Source: Octopus vulgaris (taxonomy: Eukaryota). Taken from it: a DNA stretch of 64,000 nucleotides. Shown piece by piece: positions 12,409-27,326 of this stretch (within the stretch, counting starts at the first letter, position 1; every line of letters starts with the position of its first letter). The stretch spans positions 63,798,001-63,862,000 of the forward strand of contig OX597832.1 of assembly GCA_951406725.2 (NCBI GenBank), written 5' to 3'. Below the pieces are notes generated by a model. It was given only the letters and a program-made list of their open reading frames with translations, did no database searches and had not been told where the DNA came from. Position numbers and translations under genes: made by a program.

Positions 12409-14211
12409 GGTGTGTGTGTGTGTATATGTGTTTCATTTCTCGATTGTCAATAGCGAATGACCAGTCTCTCACCTTGATCCATTGGAATTTTCACAACATG
12501 TTGTGCATGTTTGTGTGTACGTGTGCAAATATTTGGAGTCGGTCCAAGTGTAAATCTGTATGTTTTGTTTTATATGCATGTCTAGACTTATTCCTATGTA
12601 TTTATATGCTAAACTTGTACGTATGCTTACAATGGTGTATTGTAGATGTGGTATGTTGCCTTTCTCTTTTTCACTTCACGGTAGGTGTTGGCTTGTAACA
12701 AGGAAACGAAGACACATCATTAAAATTTAACAAAAAACATCAGTGAAAACATGAAATGAAATCTTTTTCTCTTCAAATTATGCATATTTTGACTGTTGTT
12801 TTTATAGATTTAATAAGCAACATACATGATGGTAGCTGGTCAATTTCTTTACCTGAAATCAACAGCTTTTAAAGATGGCCACTTAGACGCGTAGCGAGAA
12901 TGTTCAACAGCCAGATCACTTTTTCAACATAAGACAGCACTGCATTGTGAACGAAAACATCTGATAGTACTATGCAATCTAACCCAAATTTTTAATCTTG
13001 CATTTACCCTTTTCTAATGCATGCTTCTTTTATGCACTTCACGTCTGCAGTTCCTGCACTTTCGTTCAATTCACCGTGAACGGAGTTTTGAGTCATGTAG
13101 GGGAGATGTTCAGTAATCAGATCACTACACCTGATGTCGCGATTCGCTAGAATATTACCCACATGACCAACAAAATCTGACCAATCACGACTTCCCATAG
13201 AACTGGCTCCATCAACAATATCATATTTGCGCGCTTTTCTCTCTGAGCCTGTTTATTTAGCACACCTTAACTACTTGACAGACAGCATTGACAGATACCA
13301 TAAGAGGGCCAACAGAGATGACCGAACGATTGGTGACTAAAACACAACGACCAGCTGTTACTACAACTGCGCCAGTATCGTTAACATCCCAAACTCCCTC
13401 GATGTGTTGTCGTTCGTAGTAACGATAGTATTTGCTTTTTGTTTTTACGGGGAGAATAAAATATTGTTTATCAAAAATTTCAACAGATCTCGTCTTCTCC
13501 TTCGTAAACTCAGGTGCTGCCCCAAGTAACTCCGACTCGGAGTTGTAGCATACATGTCAGGGGCTCAGCTTTCGGTTAATTAGCATATAAGGGTTTGCCT
13601 ACCTCTACATATAAAGACTGGAACCGGTGTACTCTGCTGAAGAAACTTTAATGGTTCAACAGAAAGGAAGGCGTCTGCAGCAACGCATTACGAGGTGCAG
13701 AGAGCAAGATGAAGCAGTTAAGATATCTTGGTCGTCCACTGTATCCGTCTTCATCCCTAGTCGTCTTGATCCGGTCTTGCCACTGGACTGAAGATGGACA
13801 GAGGAGAGAGTGTATGTATGTAGACAGATATGTCAACGCAGCTTGGTTGAATGGTTAAAAAGATCCTTTCGATCACGGATTCGCAGTTTCAATCCCACTA
13901 CTAGTATCTTGGTTAAGAATTTTTTTATTTTATTGCATCCTCGACTCGACTCGTGCTATGCGAGTGAAATTAGGTAGAGGGAAACTGTGAAGAAGTCTTC
14001 CACTGGATTGTACTCATAATTCAATGGTCTATCCTTGTCGTACACCGCGTCACGCTGCTTCTGCTTGAGGATTACTTTAAGAGTACACATGTCTTTAGAG
14101 TACTCAGCCACATCACATGCTAATTCAATGAACAGCTGAGAGTTCAGTTAAGTGAACAACTGAATACTCACATGGTCGAAACCGACGGAGATCCACTGTA
14201 TGCCTTTTTTT

Positions 14212-14571
14212 CTCACTTGTTTCCGTCATTGGACTCTGGCCATGCTGGGGCACCGGCTTGAAAGGTTTCGAACAAATCGATCCCAGTATTTGTTAAGTAT
14301 ATAACTTATTCTGTCGGACACCTTTTACTGAACCGCTGTTTTGTCGGGGACGTAAACAAACCAACACTAATTGTTAAGCTAAGGGGGAACAGACACCCAC
14401 ATAAGGAAAATCGACGGGCTTCCGCACAGTTTTCGTTTACCAAATTCTTTCATAGGGCATTGATCAGTCCGGGGCTTTTGTAGCACTTTCCCTAGGTACT
14501 GCGTAGTTGGTTTGAACCCCAAAAGGTGTAGTTTCAAACCGAACGCCTTAACCACACAGCTATGTCTGCGC
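14212..14571 (-). mobile_element. Diverged SINE family A copy
   Basis: Family A tail and head motifs. Confidence 0.7.
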
Positions 14572-15636
14572 CTACGCATGTATAGCGTTTAAGCTTTTGA
14601 TTGAACTAGCGAATATGCTTTAGGGGTCCGATCTCGTTTGACTACATGCAAAAGAGGGCGGCTACATGGTCTTGTATTTATGGCTCCCTAATTGGTGGAA
14701 ACCTTGTTGTTTTCCGCTGTAAACACCAAACCACGTGACCACTCGCTTTTGCGTCTTCCAGGAGAACAAACAAAATCGCGCCTGCTAAAACGTACTTGCG
14801 GGTTCAAATGATTACTCAGTTACTTTCTAGTCTAGATTTTTTTAACCAACCTCTATATCAGACTCGTGGCCCCTTTGATGGGTGGTGCACCCGACCACGA
14901 CCATTTTATATGTATCGTACTTTATTTCCAATTGCTCCTAACGTTTGTTCAACTGATTTAAAAATATTTTTCAATCACTGTCACCCCTTTTATCAAGCTG
15001 TTCCAAATGTTTACTTTTCATAAACCCCCTCCTTTTCTTGTTTGCATTTAGAGAAAAGAGGGGAGGAAGAGAAAAGAGTTTTATCATGTGCAATTGACAG
15101 TTGTGTTATCTATCCCTAGGTGAAGTGACGTCCGTCCTTCATATCTCTGAAAATGACCTGGTTAGCAGATTTACTCTTTGAGGGCCTTGAGTTAGCTTAT
15201 TTCGGCCAATTTCGGCATGAAATCTATGAATTACAGTGAGACTACGTAACAGCAGAGTCGGGTCCCGGCGGATCCCTTGCTTTCCGTGCAGCCCTCTTCT
15301 CTTTAGTTTCTCTAATCATTTCTGTTTCTGAGTACTGTACTCTAGAATACACAACACTACGTCAAAGTGAGCAATCTCGAGTGTGACGTTCCCAAGTTGA
15401 TTGTTCTAAGTTACACTATTTCAAGGTCGTCTTGAGAGGGTCTTTTGCATCACCCCTTTGGTTCACCACGTGACCGAGAGTCAAATGCTTATTCATGTTT
15501 AGACAGAGATGTTATGTATTGCACCCGAAAGCTGACCACCGTGGTATTTGAACTCAGAGTGCAAAGAGCTGGAACAGACACCTTAAAGCATTCTACCCAA
15601 CTTCCTAACCATGCTGTCAATTTGCAGCACCACATG

Positions 15637-15675
<39 letters not shown>

Positions 15676-15679
<4 letters not shown>

Positions 15680-16175
15680 GTACTAGGAGAATAAGAACGG
15701 AACGAAGCGAATACTACACAAGGAAAAATCCCCTTCATCTTCTCGTATTGTATTTTCTTGTACATGTATTTTTATCTTGTATTTTATTTTGTAGTTTTAT
15801 TTGTATCGTTTTTACGTCCTGTTTGTGTTACATTTTTTTCTTGTTTGTTTTTACCCCTCTGCGAGGTAATTTTATTTTAATTCTCTCGCAGGAAGGATTA
15901 ATTTGGCGAGTCGTGTTCTGTCTTGCCTTCGAAACACGCTGGAGTCGAACTAGTGACAGCTGATGAAGGGGATTTTTCCTTGTGTAGTATGTCCTGTACT
16001 CTGTTTTTCTGTTGTAAAAAAATGGTTTTTCCGTTTTCGTTTCTCGTTGAGTTCTACGTCTAGTTGTGGTGTCCTGTACTCACGTATATATATTTATATA
16101 TGCATGTATATATACATGTAGATGTAGGTACGTACATATATGTTTGTATGTATGCATATATTTTATTTATTACAC
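15676..16175 (+). mobile_element. Penelope-like terminal fragment in (TA)n, with an inverted partial copy at its 5' end
   Basis: About 15711-15739 is the reverse complement of 15962-15990. The tail is shared with 8273-8325 and resembles 6380-6480 (minus). Contains an HHR-like core. Confidence 0.55.
15912..15981 (+). ncRNA. Candidate non-circularly permuted hammerhead ribozyme
   Basis: CGUGU-U-CUGUC-uugccuuc-GAAA-CACG-(16 nt)-GACAG-CUGAUGA-aGGGG. Stem III ACACG/CGUGU, stem I CUGUC/GACAG, possible stem II GGGG/CUUC. Confidence 0.6.
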
Positions 16176-16247
16176 TATATATATATATATATATATATAT
16201 AAGAGATGACACCGGAAAACCCCAAATGTTATGTAATGAACTTCATC

Positions 16248-16328
16248 GGCTTACAGCTGTTTCTGCTTTTAGATGTGGTGGACTCTTAGTTGAGTACCAG
16301 GATATGATCCTATAACTTCATTGGAGCC
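16248..16328 (-). ncRNA. Degenerate type I hammerhead (PLE-type)
   Basis: GGCU-cCAAUGA...agca-GAAA-CAGCUG-UA-AGCC. The CUGA box is mutated; palindromic stem III and stem I are intact. Confidence 0.45.
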
Positions 16329-16923
16329 TTGAATATGAAGTGCACTTTATTTGGGGGAACTACATTTTCAGAACAGGCGTCGTGAGTGATAAATGTTGAT
16401 GGATATAGAAAGCAATATTTAACGAATGTGACACGGGTCTTCCAATTACGACGAAAACGTCTGGCAATTATATAGATGAAGTTTTGTGTAAATTAATGAA
16501 AAACAATAATTAATTGCTTATTAACATGGCTATTTATTAAGCTGATTATAATATTAATCGTTACAATATATAAAGATATATGCAGCTGCGTCGAATAGTG
16601 TACGTGTGCACAGATTGTTATTTGTTGATGCAGTGAAATAGTCTTTGGTTTCATGGTTCATCGTGGAATACTACTTAGTAATTTTGTTTCATCCCTGTGA
16701 TTGCTAGGGAAGAAAAACCATTGTAAAAGGAATGTCTGCAACTTGAGACAACAAGGAGTCTACCTTCGCACACTTTAATGAACAGAGTTGTTGATTAAAG
16801 AGTTATTGTGATACTAACAGAGTTGTTGTGATACTGACGGGAGTTGCTGTCTGTCCAGAGATGATTGACCCAAAAAGGGGAAGACAGCTATTTGCTTGTG
16901 CTTTTATAACTTGCTGACTGAAG

Positions 16924-17356
16924 TCGGTCGAGCGAAAAATAGGATTATTCGTCTCTAGTTTGAGCCGTAAATTCCCCGGAAATGTCTGAGAGGTCAGCCA
17001 ATTCTCATTAATCTCTCATTGCAGAAAAGCTAAAACAGAGAGTCGAAAACTTGTTTGACAATGTGGATTCCATTTCGAATCGTAGCTTATCTATTCTATA
17101 GCTGTTTGTTATATATATATATATAATCTCATATAATAAATGCAAAAACTAATTTCTGTGTGTCAGTGTGCCGCACTTTGATTCCCTCTTTCACTATTCA
17201 ATGACACTTCTACTATTCCTCGTGCTGGGGTGAGAGTAATAGTAGGGATAAAGACGACGAGGGTGGTGGCGAAGAGAAAGAGAGACAAAGAAATTTAGGG
17301 TGAGTTGACGATGTTTTATTAAGAGTAGTAGTGTTGATGGTGGCAGTGGGAATAAT

Positions 17357-17418
<62 letters not shown>

Positions 17419-17572
17419 TGGGTATGTGAGAGAAATAGGGACTGAACACTGAACCAGCATGCTGAACTTACACACTGAACACTGATGGTAACGGGCTGAT
17501 AGTAATAGTATGAGCTGTAGTTGTGATACAGATGGAGGCATCGGTGATGGTGGTGGTAGCCGAGGCGGTCAG
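16924..17572 (+). repeat. Segment Y, duplicated at 18413-19109
   Basis: Near-identical direct repeat flanking the X copy. Confidence 0.95.
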
Positions 17573-17687
17573 AAAGAGAAGGAAGTAGACGAAAGAAGAA
17601 ATGTGGTTGAGAAAAAGAGGCAACGAAGAAAAAGAAAAATCTGTGTGTATGTATGTATGTATGTATGTATGTATGTATGTATGTATG

Positions 17688-17718
<31 letters not shown>

Positions 17719-17861
17719 TCGTGTGTGTGTGTATACATGAATATGTTGAAATATTTTTGACCAATTCAACAGGGTCAAATAAATTATGCGTGATTTTGAA
17801 GACTCCATCATTGATGTGGCTGAAAATCCATTGTTTGGCAAGATTTATAAAAGCCAGTTAG

Positions 17862-17941
<80 letters not shown>

Positions 17942-18057
17942 CTCACACATGCATGCACACACACACACACGTTCTCTTGCGCACACATGGATAATCTCTC
18001 AAACACGCATAGACTTGCACACACCATTCACTCTGTCTCCCTCTCTCACACACAACA

Positions 18058-18102
<45 letters not shown>

Positions 18103-18294
18103 AAATCAACTATTCCTTGACAACAAGAAGTTATGTTGATCTAAGATCGATCCTCTCAGAATAGTGGTTGGAAATCAATTTTCTGGATGGCGCAACATGT
18201 CCTTCGTACGAACATCTCTTCCAACAACTGGAGAGATAGCTTCAAGGCTCCAGAAACGTTGATTAAGTTTTCTAATCTTTGCCTTTCAACGACA

Positions 18295-18406
<112 letters not shown>

Positions 18407-18616
18407 TATTTTTCGGTCGAGCGAAAAATAGGATTATTCGTCTCTAGTTTGAGCCGTAAATTCCCCGGAAATGTCTGAGAGGTCAGCCAATTCTCAGTAA
18501 TCTCTCATTGCAGAAAAGCTAAAACAGCGAGTCGAAAACTTGTTTGACAATGTGGATTCCGTTTCGAATCGTAGCTTATCTATTCTATAACTGTTTGTTA
18601 TATATATATATATATA

Positions 18617-19466
<850 letters not shown>

Positions 19467-19713
19467 TCATTTCCTTTTTTTATATATCAACACGAGTTGT
19501 GATATATAAAAAAAGGAAATGAAGAAAATGCTGACAAAATAATTTAAGTAAGGGAGAGTGTATTTAATTAGGTGAAAGTTCTTTTTACCGGTTGCGCATT
19601 TGTTATGCTTATCAAAAGATATTTTTTAAAGAGAGATAGCGTTCCTTTCTGATATATTTTTTTTCTCTTATCTGACTTTATGTTGGGTTTGCTGTCTCTT
19701 ATATATATATATG

Positions 19714-19815
<102 letters not shown>

Positions 19816-20416
19816 GTATATATATATATATAAACACACACGTAAATGTCGAACGATGAAAATGAGTGCTCCACACTGCGTTGGTGGATAAAGTTTCTTT
19901 ATTTGTGTATTAAAGCTACCATTGGTTTCATGTTAAAAATATATTCACATGGACTCTGCCGTCGTAGGCGACGAATGAGGATTCTGCAGTTTGTTACTGA
20001 ACAACCGCATAAATTTATTTATAGTGATCAAATGTTTCCATTGCTCTTAAGCTCGCTCCTTCCATCATATCGACATTATCTGTGCAGGTGCACAACGTGC
20101 CACATGTCAAAGCGAAATGAAGTGCTTTGTTCAAGAACACAACGCAACACCCGGCCTGGGAATCGAAACCGCGATCTCGTAAATCGTGAGTGAAACACCC
20201 TAACTACTAAGCCATGCACCTTCCCTCGCCCCCCCTCTCTCTACAGTAAAAATAATTTAAAACTAACGATGTATATTAAATGACTCATCAAAGATAATAT
20301 GATGTAGCATTTATTTTTATAAATGGTCGAAATTTCTGCACAAAATCTTGGCTGGAAGAGCAGTTACATAATTCAAAATATTCCCCACCCAACGTACTTT
20401 AGTGTGTGTGTGTGTG

Positions 20417-20462
<46 letters not shown>

Positions 20463-20463
20463 C

Positions 20464-20499
<36 letters not shown>

Positions 20500-20621
20500 A
20501 GAAATCAAATACGCATAGTAATAAACAATATATATAGATACATACACCCACATACTTTAGACTATAATATTTAGGATATATGTGTATACATATACACACA
20601 CATACTTTGGTATGCAATATA

Positions 20622-20664
<43 letters not shown>

Positions 20665-20676
20665 TGGAGTACAACG

Positions 20677-20908
20677 CAGTAATCCCTTGCCATATCGCGG
20701 TTCACTTATCGCGGTTATTATTCAAGCTTACATCGATTCCTCCGTGGTGTTGTTTTGCATTTATGATAAAATAAATATATACAAATTATGAAAACAAAAA
20801 TATTATATACATTACAGCACTGTTTCCACTTTGCAGATTTTCACCTGTCGTGGTGGAGGTGGGGGGCGTGTTTGGAACGTAACCCTCGCGATAGTCGCGG
20901 GACTACTA
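20677..20908. mobile_element. pogo/Tigger-like MITE
   Basis: Imperfect TIRs CAGTAATCCC..ATATCGCG / CGCGATAGTCGCGGGACTACTA. Confidence 0.65.
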
Positions 20909-20967
20909 TACACACACACACATACACATAACACACATATATACACACATAAGCACGCATACTTTGA

Positions 20968-21015
<48 letters not shown>

Positions 21016-21098
21016 TATTTTTGAATATAATATATGTACACACACACACATACTTTGGAATATATATGTATATTTCTATATACACACGCATACTTTAG

Positions 21099-21185
<87 letters not shown>

Positions 21186-21417
21186 CATACATACATACAT
21201 ACATACATACATACATACATACACACACGTTAGAAAGTACACACACACATACGTATACACGCACAAACGTTAGAATACATACACACATATATACTCGCGC
21301 GCGCATACACCTTCGGATATAGTCATATACGCACGCACGTTAGAGCAGTAAACAGATGCAGAAATACTAGTAGATACCCACAGCCACATACGTGCACAAA
21401 CTTCAGAAAATATCAAC

Positions 21418-21473
<56 letters not shown>

Positions 21474-22644
21474 GTATATAGTAGATAGACTGATAGTTCT
21501 TCACGCAAAATCTATGATGGTAGAACAGTTACACATAGAAACATTCTAGATTCACCGCCACCACCACACAAAGGCCAGCCGATTGATTGGTAACTCTTCA
21601 TCGATCGTTCAATACACAATATCCACTGTAAAGGTGGTGAACTGACTTTAATTCATTAGACCGTTGCATAGAGTTGCTTGTCGATGTTCATATAGGTTCC
21701 TTGCTTCCTGAGTTCAAGACCGGCCGAGGTCTTCACTTCGCCTTTTATTATTCTCGGGTCGATAAATATACGATCGATCCACTGTTAGACTCGGTGTTTC
21801 TATCCTTGTCTTTCGATTGAACCTGTAATTCAAAGGTCGAGTTATGTCGCAATGTTGAGGCACGTTGATTCGGATTGAGAATTACGTTATGAGAATTAAG
21901 TATTCTAAAGGTTTCTATGATACTCAGCGATTGAAATAGATCAACTAAGAATGCGATTGACCGGACAACTTACCTCAGGCCTTCTATGATAAAGACCAAA
22001 GTTATTATTTCTAATTTTGGTGGAAGGTCAGCAACTTTAGAAAAAAAAAAAGGTGGTTAAGTTGATTACACGGATCTCAGTGCTTGACTGGTATTTATTT
22101 TACCGTCTCCGAAAGCATGAAAAGCATAATTGATGTCGGCGGATTAGAACTCAGAACGTACAGAGCCAGATGAAATGCTGCTAAGCATTCTAAGCATATT
22201 GTCTGACGCGCCAATGATTCTGCTGGTTCGCCGCATTTATAATAATAGTAATGATGATGATGATGTTTTTAATTTTGGTACGAGGCCAGTAGTTGTAGGG
22301 GTGGAGAGGAAATTAATCAATTATATTGTCCCCTCTAATGTACTTTATTTCCTCGACCCTGACAGACGAAAGGAAAAGTTGACCATGGCGGGATTTGAAC
22401 CCAGAATGTAAAGAACCGTAATATATGTCGGCAGACATTTTCCTGTCATTGTAACGATTGTGCCACTTTAGCACCCTTGTTTTTAATTTAAGCACAAGGC
22501 TAACAACTTTGAGGGGAAGCGATTAGTCAGCATCATCAATCCCCCCTGTCTTAACTAACCTTATAGAACAGCATTCCCACCTCGTTTCGAACCCTTCGCT
22601 CCTTTTTCACATTGACTATTTCTCTTCCTCTATACTTCTCTCTT

Positions 22645-22681
22645 GATTCTGAAAAAGGATTATAGACCGAAACGTTAAAAC
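22645..22681 (+). ncRNA. Degenerate minimal type I hammerhead remnant
   Basis: CUGAAAA-aGGauuauagaCC-GAAA-CGUU-AAAAC. Core mutated; palindromic AACGUU stem III. Confidence 0.35.
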
Positions 22682-22849
22682 ATTTTCCCAGTAAAGCGTT
22701 GAACTAATATCTTAATGTCAAACTTTGCTCCCCACCCTGTTCATTTGATCATTGTGAAGGCGTGTGGTTTAGTTGTTACGGATCGTAGGGTCGTGAATTC
22801 GATTCCCGGCGGAGTGTTGTGTCCTTGAACAAGACACTTTGTTTCACGT

Positions 22850-23300
22850 TATTAAAGAACGAACCAATTTCGACATCAAATGGAAATTCCTTTCCAAAAC
22901 CAAACCCTATAGCAACCGGTCAAAAGGATATTGTAAATGTTCTCTCGAGAAATTATATCTCTTAAAGAACTTAATGACTTCTAACGGTTACGTAAATTCC
23001 AGAAACGCGATTTCTTTTTTGTCTTCATTTTAAGAAACACATCATGGCTGAATAAAAATTAGGTCACCGGATACATCGTAAACCATTAATATCTTGTTTA
23101 TTTTCTTTTTGACATTTGTATATTGTAACGTTGGTTATCTCCCTTGTGTTTTTTCTTTCTGTCTTCTTCCTCATGAGCGTTCCTTGTTCAAAAGGTCATC
23201 TGCTTTAAAAGCAATCAATGTCAGTGTCTTTTCCTCACCTTGAAAAACGACGAAATAAATTAGTGTTTCGGCCACGAAACCCTGGACAGTTGTATTTCAC
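22850..23300 (+). pseudogene. Penelope-like element 3' remnant (GIY-YIG endonuclease C-terminal region)
   Basis: FDIKWKFLSKTKPYSNRSKGYCKCSLEKLYLL..VNSRNAI resembles the IKW.IL....PY...SK.C..C..EK..I...LN.R.E pattern of PLE endonucleases. Confidence 0.65.
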
Positions 23301-23382
23301 AAGACTTGTGGTTTACATTATAACACTAACTTTACTTTCTTAGCTGATCGAATGCGATCCTTCTTGTTGAAGCCTTACTACA

Positions 23383-23428
<46 letters not shown>

Positions 23429-25719
23429 GTATGTATTATCGATCTCGATGAAACAAGAGTAAATTTATGTAATAAAACAACTTACTCGCTCCATTCTACT
23501 TGTTAATAATTATATAAACTCTGCAGATATGGATTTTCGGAAATATGATCTGTAAAACGATCGGCTGTATTTGACAGGCTGCACCCGTTGCTGAGCTTAA
23601 TAAATTCCAGAATGAAATTGATATATATGTATGTTTGTGTTTGTCCCCACCCCCATCCCTGCTGTTAGTTTACGTCTCCGTAACTTAGCGACACGGTAAC
23701 GGGTACCGATAGAATTTAGTACCAGACTTCAAAAAATTCCTGGGGACGATTTGAAGGTGGTGCTTCAGCATGGCTGCAGTCCAATGACTGAAACTAGTGA
23801 AAGCTAAAAGATTGAATATGTCTAAATACACTTTTTCTGCTAACCTAGGGTTAAATAACAACAGCAATAACTACAATTCCCCCCTATACGATAGCCACCT
23901 AAAGTTGATTAAATGTGGTACATGAGAATTCTGTCTGCATCATTTCTGTTTTTTTTTGTCTGTCTGTGCTATGAATATTTTACAGTTGAAGTATGTAAAT
24001 CATATTTTTGTCTTCCATATTCTACCTATCACCCAGCCTGTGTAAAAAACGAACGTATACTCATGAATGCGTGCATATATGCATGTATACGTACATATAT
24101 ACTCATGTGGTATGTCTGTTTTTGAGTGTGACGATCGGTTGTATCTGATCGTTCTTTTGTGTTGCCGATAAAGTGTGGAGAAGCAGACGGTAGATTTGGT
24201 AGGTGCTGCTTCGAAATCAGTTATTTTGGAGCCAGGACTTTTGGTGATTGAAGTCGGAGTGGAGTAGTTGAACAGCACAGTGCCTGGGAGAGGTTGGTGG
24301 AAGAATAGGAGTGGTGTCATCTGCATATGAAGACTGTTGTACGTTCTGTAGAGGTGTGGGAAGGTCGTGTCTAAGTAGGTATATGTTATATAAAGAGTTT
24401 GACCAGCTATCATACGTGCTATAAGCCTGATCGATCGCGGTTGGGTGGGGAGATACACAATAGCAACAATAATATCAGGAACATCAACAACAACAGCAGC
24501 AGCAGTAGCAACATCTTTAAATAAAGCAGCAGTAACAACAAGTAGCAGAAAATAGGAGTAACTACAACATTAACTGCAACAGCTGTAACAGTTACAAGAA
24601 AACAAACTAATAATAGAAATAAGATGGTCGTCTGCTTAAATAAGAAATCAATATTAAAAAATAAGACAATAAATAAATGATACAAAATGGGGGAAAAATT
24701 AACTTTCTTGGCTGAGAGAAGTTGTAGGCATAGAAAATAATATGGAATTGAGCAAAATTGAACGAATATGAAAAATTGGACGAAATGGAAGAAAATTGAA
24801 CGCACGTGAAAAAAGAACAAACAAAATGGACGAAAGTAAAGTAAATGGAATTGATTAAAAGTATTTTCAGTTATTTTGTGCGAAAAAGAGAAGCAATGAT
24901 TGTTGTAGATACGATTGAAGGAATGTGGAAACTAATGAACACAACAGGAAGAAAATGAACGGCATTGAGAAAAAATAGCTGTATGGTTAAAAAGTTTGCT
25001 CTAAAACTACGTGATTTCAGGTTCGATCCTACTGTGTTGCACCTTTTAATAAGTGCATTTTCTATAAATTTCAGCTGATCAATACCACGGGAATGAAATT
25101 TGGTAGACGGAAACTGTGCGGAATCCCGTCGATTTTGTATGTATGTGTGAAGGAAATCGGTTCAGTAAAGAGGAAGACCATTGATTGTTCAACAGTTGCA
25201 AAATAAACAATTTTGTTTTCAGCCCGACTGATGATCTGCGGCTTTTACCACAGCTATCATATAAACGTCTCCTTTCAGTTAAATGCAATGCAGAATTATG
25301 ATATTTGGCATTGTGTACGGACATGTCATTTCAAATCACCAAAGACTTCGTGTGAGTGTGCTTACGTTTCTGTCTCTTTACTCATGACTGCGCTAACACT
25401 GCTCGAAAAATGTTTTTGATGTCCTGAAGAGCCTGATAAGTACCAAACTTTAAAATAATTACTCGGGGGGCAGATATTAATCGATTAACACTTGAAGGCG
25501 GCGCTTCATCACGGACGTAATTCTAGAGTAAAAAAAGTAAATCTGTGATCTAGTCTGAATAAAAGTGATTGAGATTGAACGAAATGAAATCTAAGGAAGA
25601 AAAATATATATTGATAAAAGAAGCATTAGAAAAAGGGTTAATAAGAGGATAGAAAAACACAAGGAAGATTGAGAGAAAATAAGGGAATACCAACCATTAT
25701 TTCGTAGACGTGCTTTCAT

Positions 25720-25783
<64 letters not shown>

Positions 25784-26317
25784 ACAGTCATTGCTCCTCA
25801 GAGCCTGCTGATTTCGTGCAACCGCTTTTCCTAGCACCTAGCGAACCATTATGTTTAGGTTTTCTTTTCAGAATGTTAGTGTTTTATGAATTTCCTCCTT
25901 GTCCATGTTGTTACGGAGCCGTGGGTCAATTCTAATGAAACAGATCAATGATCAAAGCATTCCAGCCTCGATCAGAGACGTTCACCCAACCAAGTCGGAC
26001 TGCTCGAGTGCAGCAGAAAAACAAAATCACGTTTAAAGCTTTCAACTTACCTGCAGAAGGTCATTCATAGCTGTGTCATCAGGACACTTTAGCGTGGCAG
26101 TAACAAAGACCGTCTATCTTGGACCAAGAGCGATATATTAGCTCCAACTTTGAAGAATGTTTTTGCAGTCCAGAGGCAGGAAATAACAAAATAATCGATG
26201 TATAAAAATGTAATTGAACACTGGACTGTGATGATTGATGCGGATTCAGAGGGGTTAACACCGAGAATAAGACCCACGTTACAAGCTGCTCTCTATAATG
26301 TCATCAAGACGAGACGT

Positions 26318-26459
26318 GATGTAGTGGCTTAAGCTTGCTTTGAAACCATATGGTCTCGGGTTCAATCCCACTGCGCGGCACCTTGGGCGAGTGCCTTCTA
26401 CTATAAACCTAGACCGATTAATGATTGTGAATTTGATAGATGGAAACAATGGAAGCCCA

Positions 26460-26520
<61 letters not shown>

Positions 26521-26539
26521 GTCTGTCTGTCTCTGTCTG

Positions 26540-26582
<43 letters not shown>

Positions 26583-26780
26583 TACACACGTATGAGTGCG
26601 TGTATCTGTGTTTGTACTCACAACCGTTTGACAGCCAGTGTTGGCTTGTTTATGTCCGTATAACTTGACGGTCCGACAAAAGAGAGCGATGGAATAAGTA
26701 CCAAAGTATAAAAAATAATCATCCAGGCGATGCCCCAGTATGGTCGCATCCCAGTGATTGAAACAACTAGGAATTAAAAG
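26318..26780 (+). mobile_element. SINE family A copy (plus strand)
   Basis: GGGTTCAATCCCACTGCGCGGCACCTTGGGCGAGTG head/core and family tail. Confidence 0.75.
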
Positions 26781-27326
26781 ATGTGCAGGGTTATACCTAC
26801 CCGATGAGATGGAAGAAGAAAAAAGCGGAATGTTCCAGTAAAATAGTCGCAACAGAGCAGACGGAATGATTTGGGACAGAGAAAAGAAAACGTGTGCAGG
26901 AATAGAAATTAGTTATTCAACAGACGTTAACATGTGAAAGATAAAAAGAAAATATTTACACCAGACTAATGAGAAAACTGCCGTTACTGCATTCTCACTC
27001 TAACTTTAGATTTATGTCTGAGATTATTGAGGAAAAAAGTTGCTTATGTAACCGACTTTCCTTATCTTCTTTTTCACCTTTTCCTTACTATAGTCGTTGA
27101 ACTGCGGCCATGCTGGGGCACCGACTTGGAGAGTTTTAGTCGAACAAATCGATTTCAGAATTTGTTTTTCTCTTTTTGTTTTAAGTCTGGTACTTATTTA
27201 ATTTGTTCTGTTTGTCGAACCGCTATGTTACGGAACTTAAACGAACTAGAATTAGTTGTCAGGCAGTTGTGGGGGAGAAACGTACGTGCACATACACATG
27301 TACGTGTGTGTGCGCGCGTGTATATA

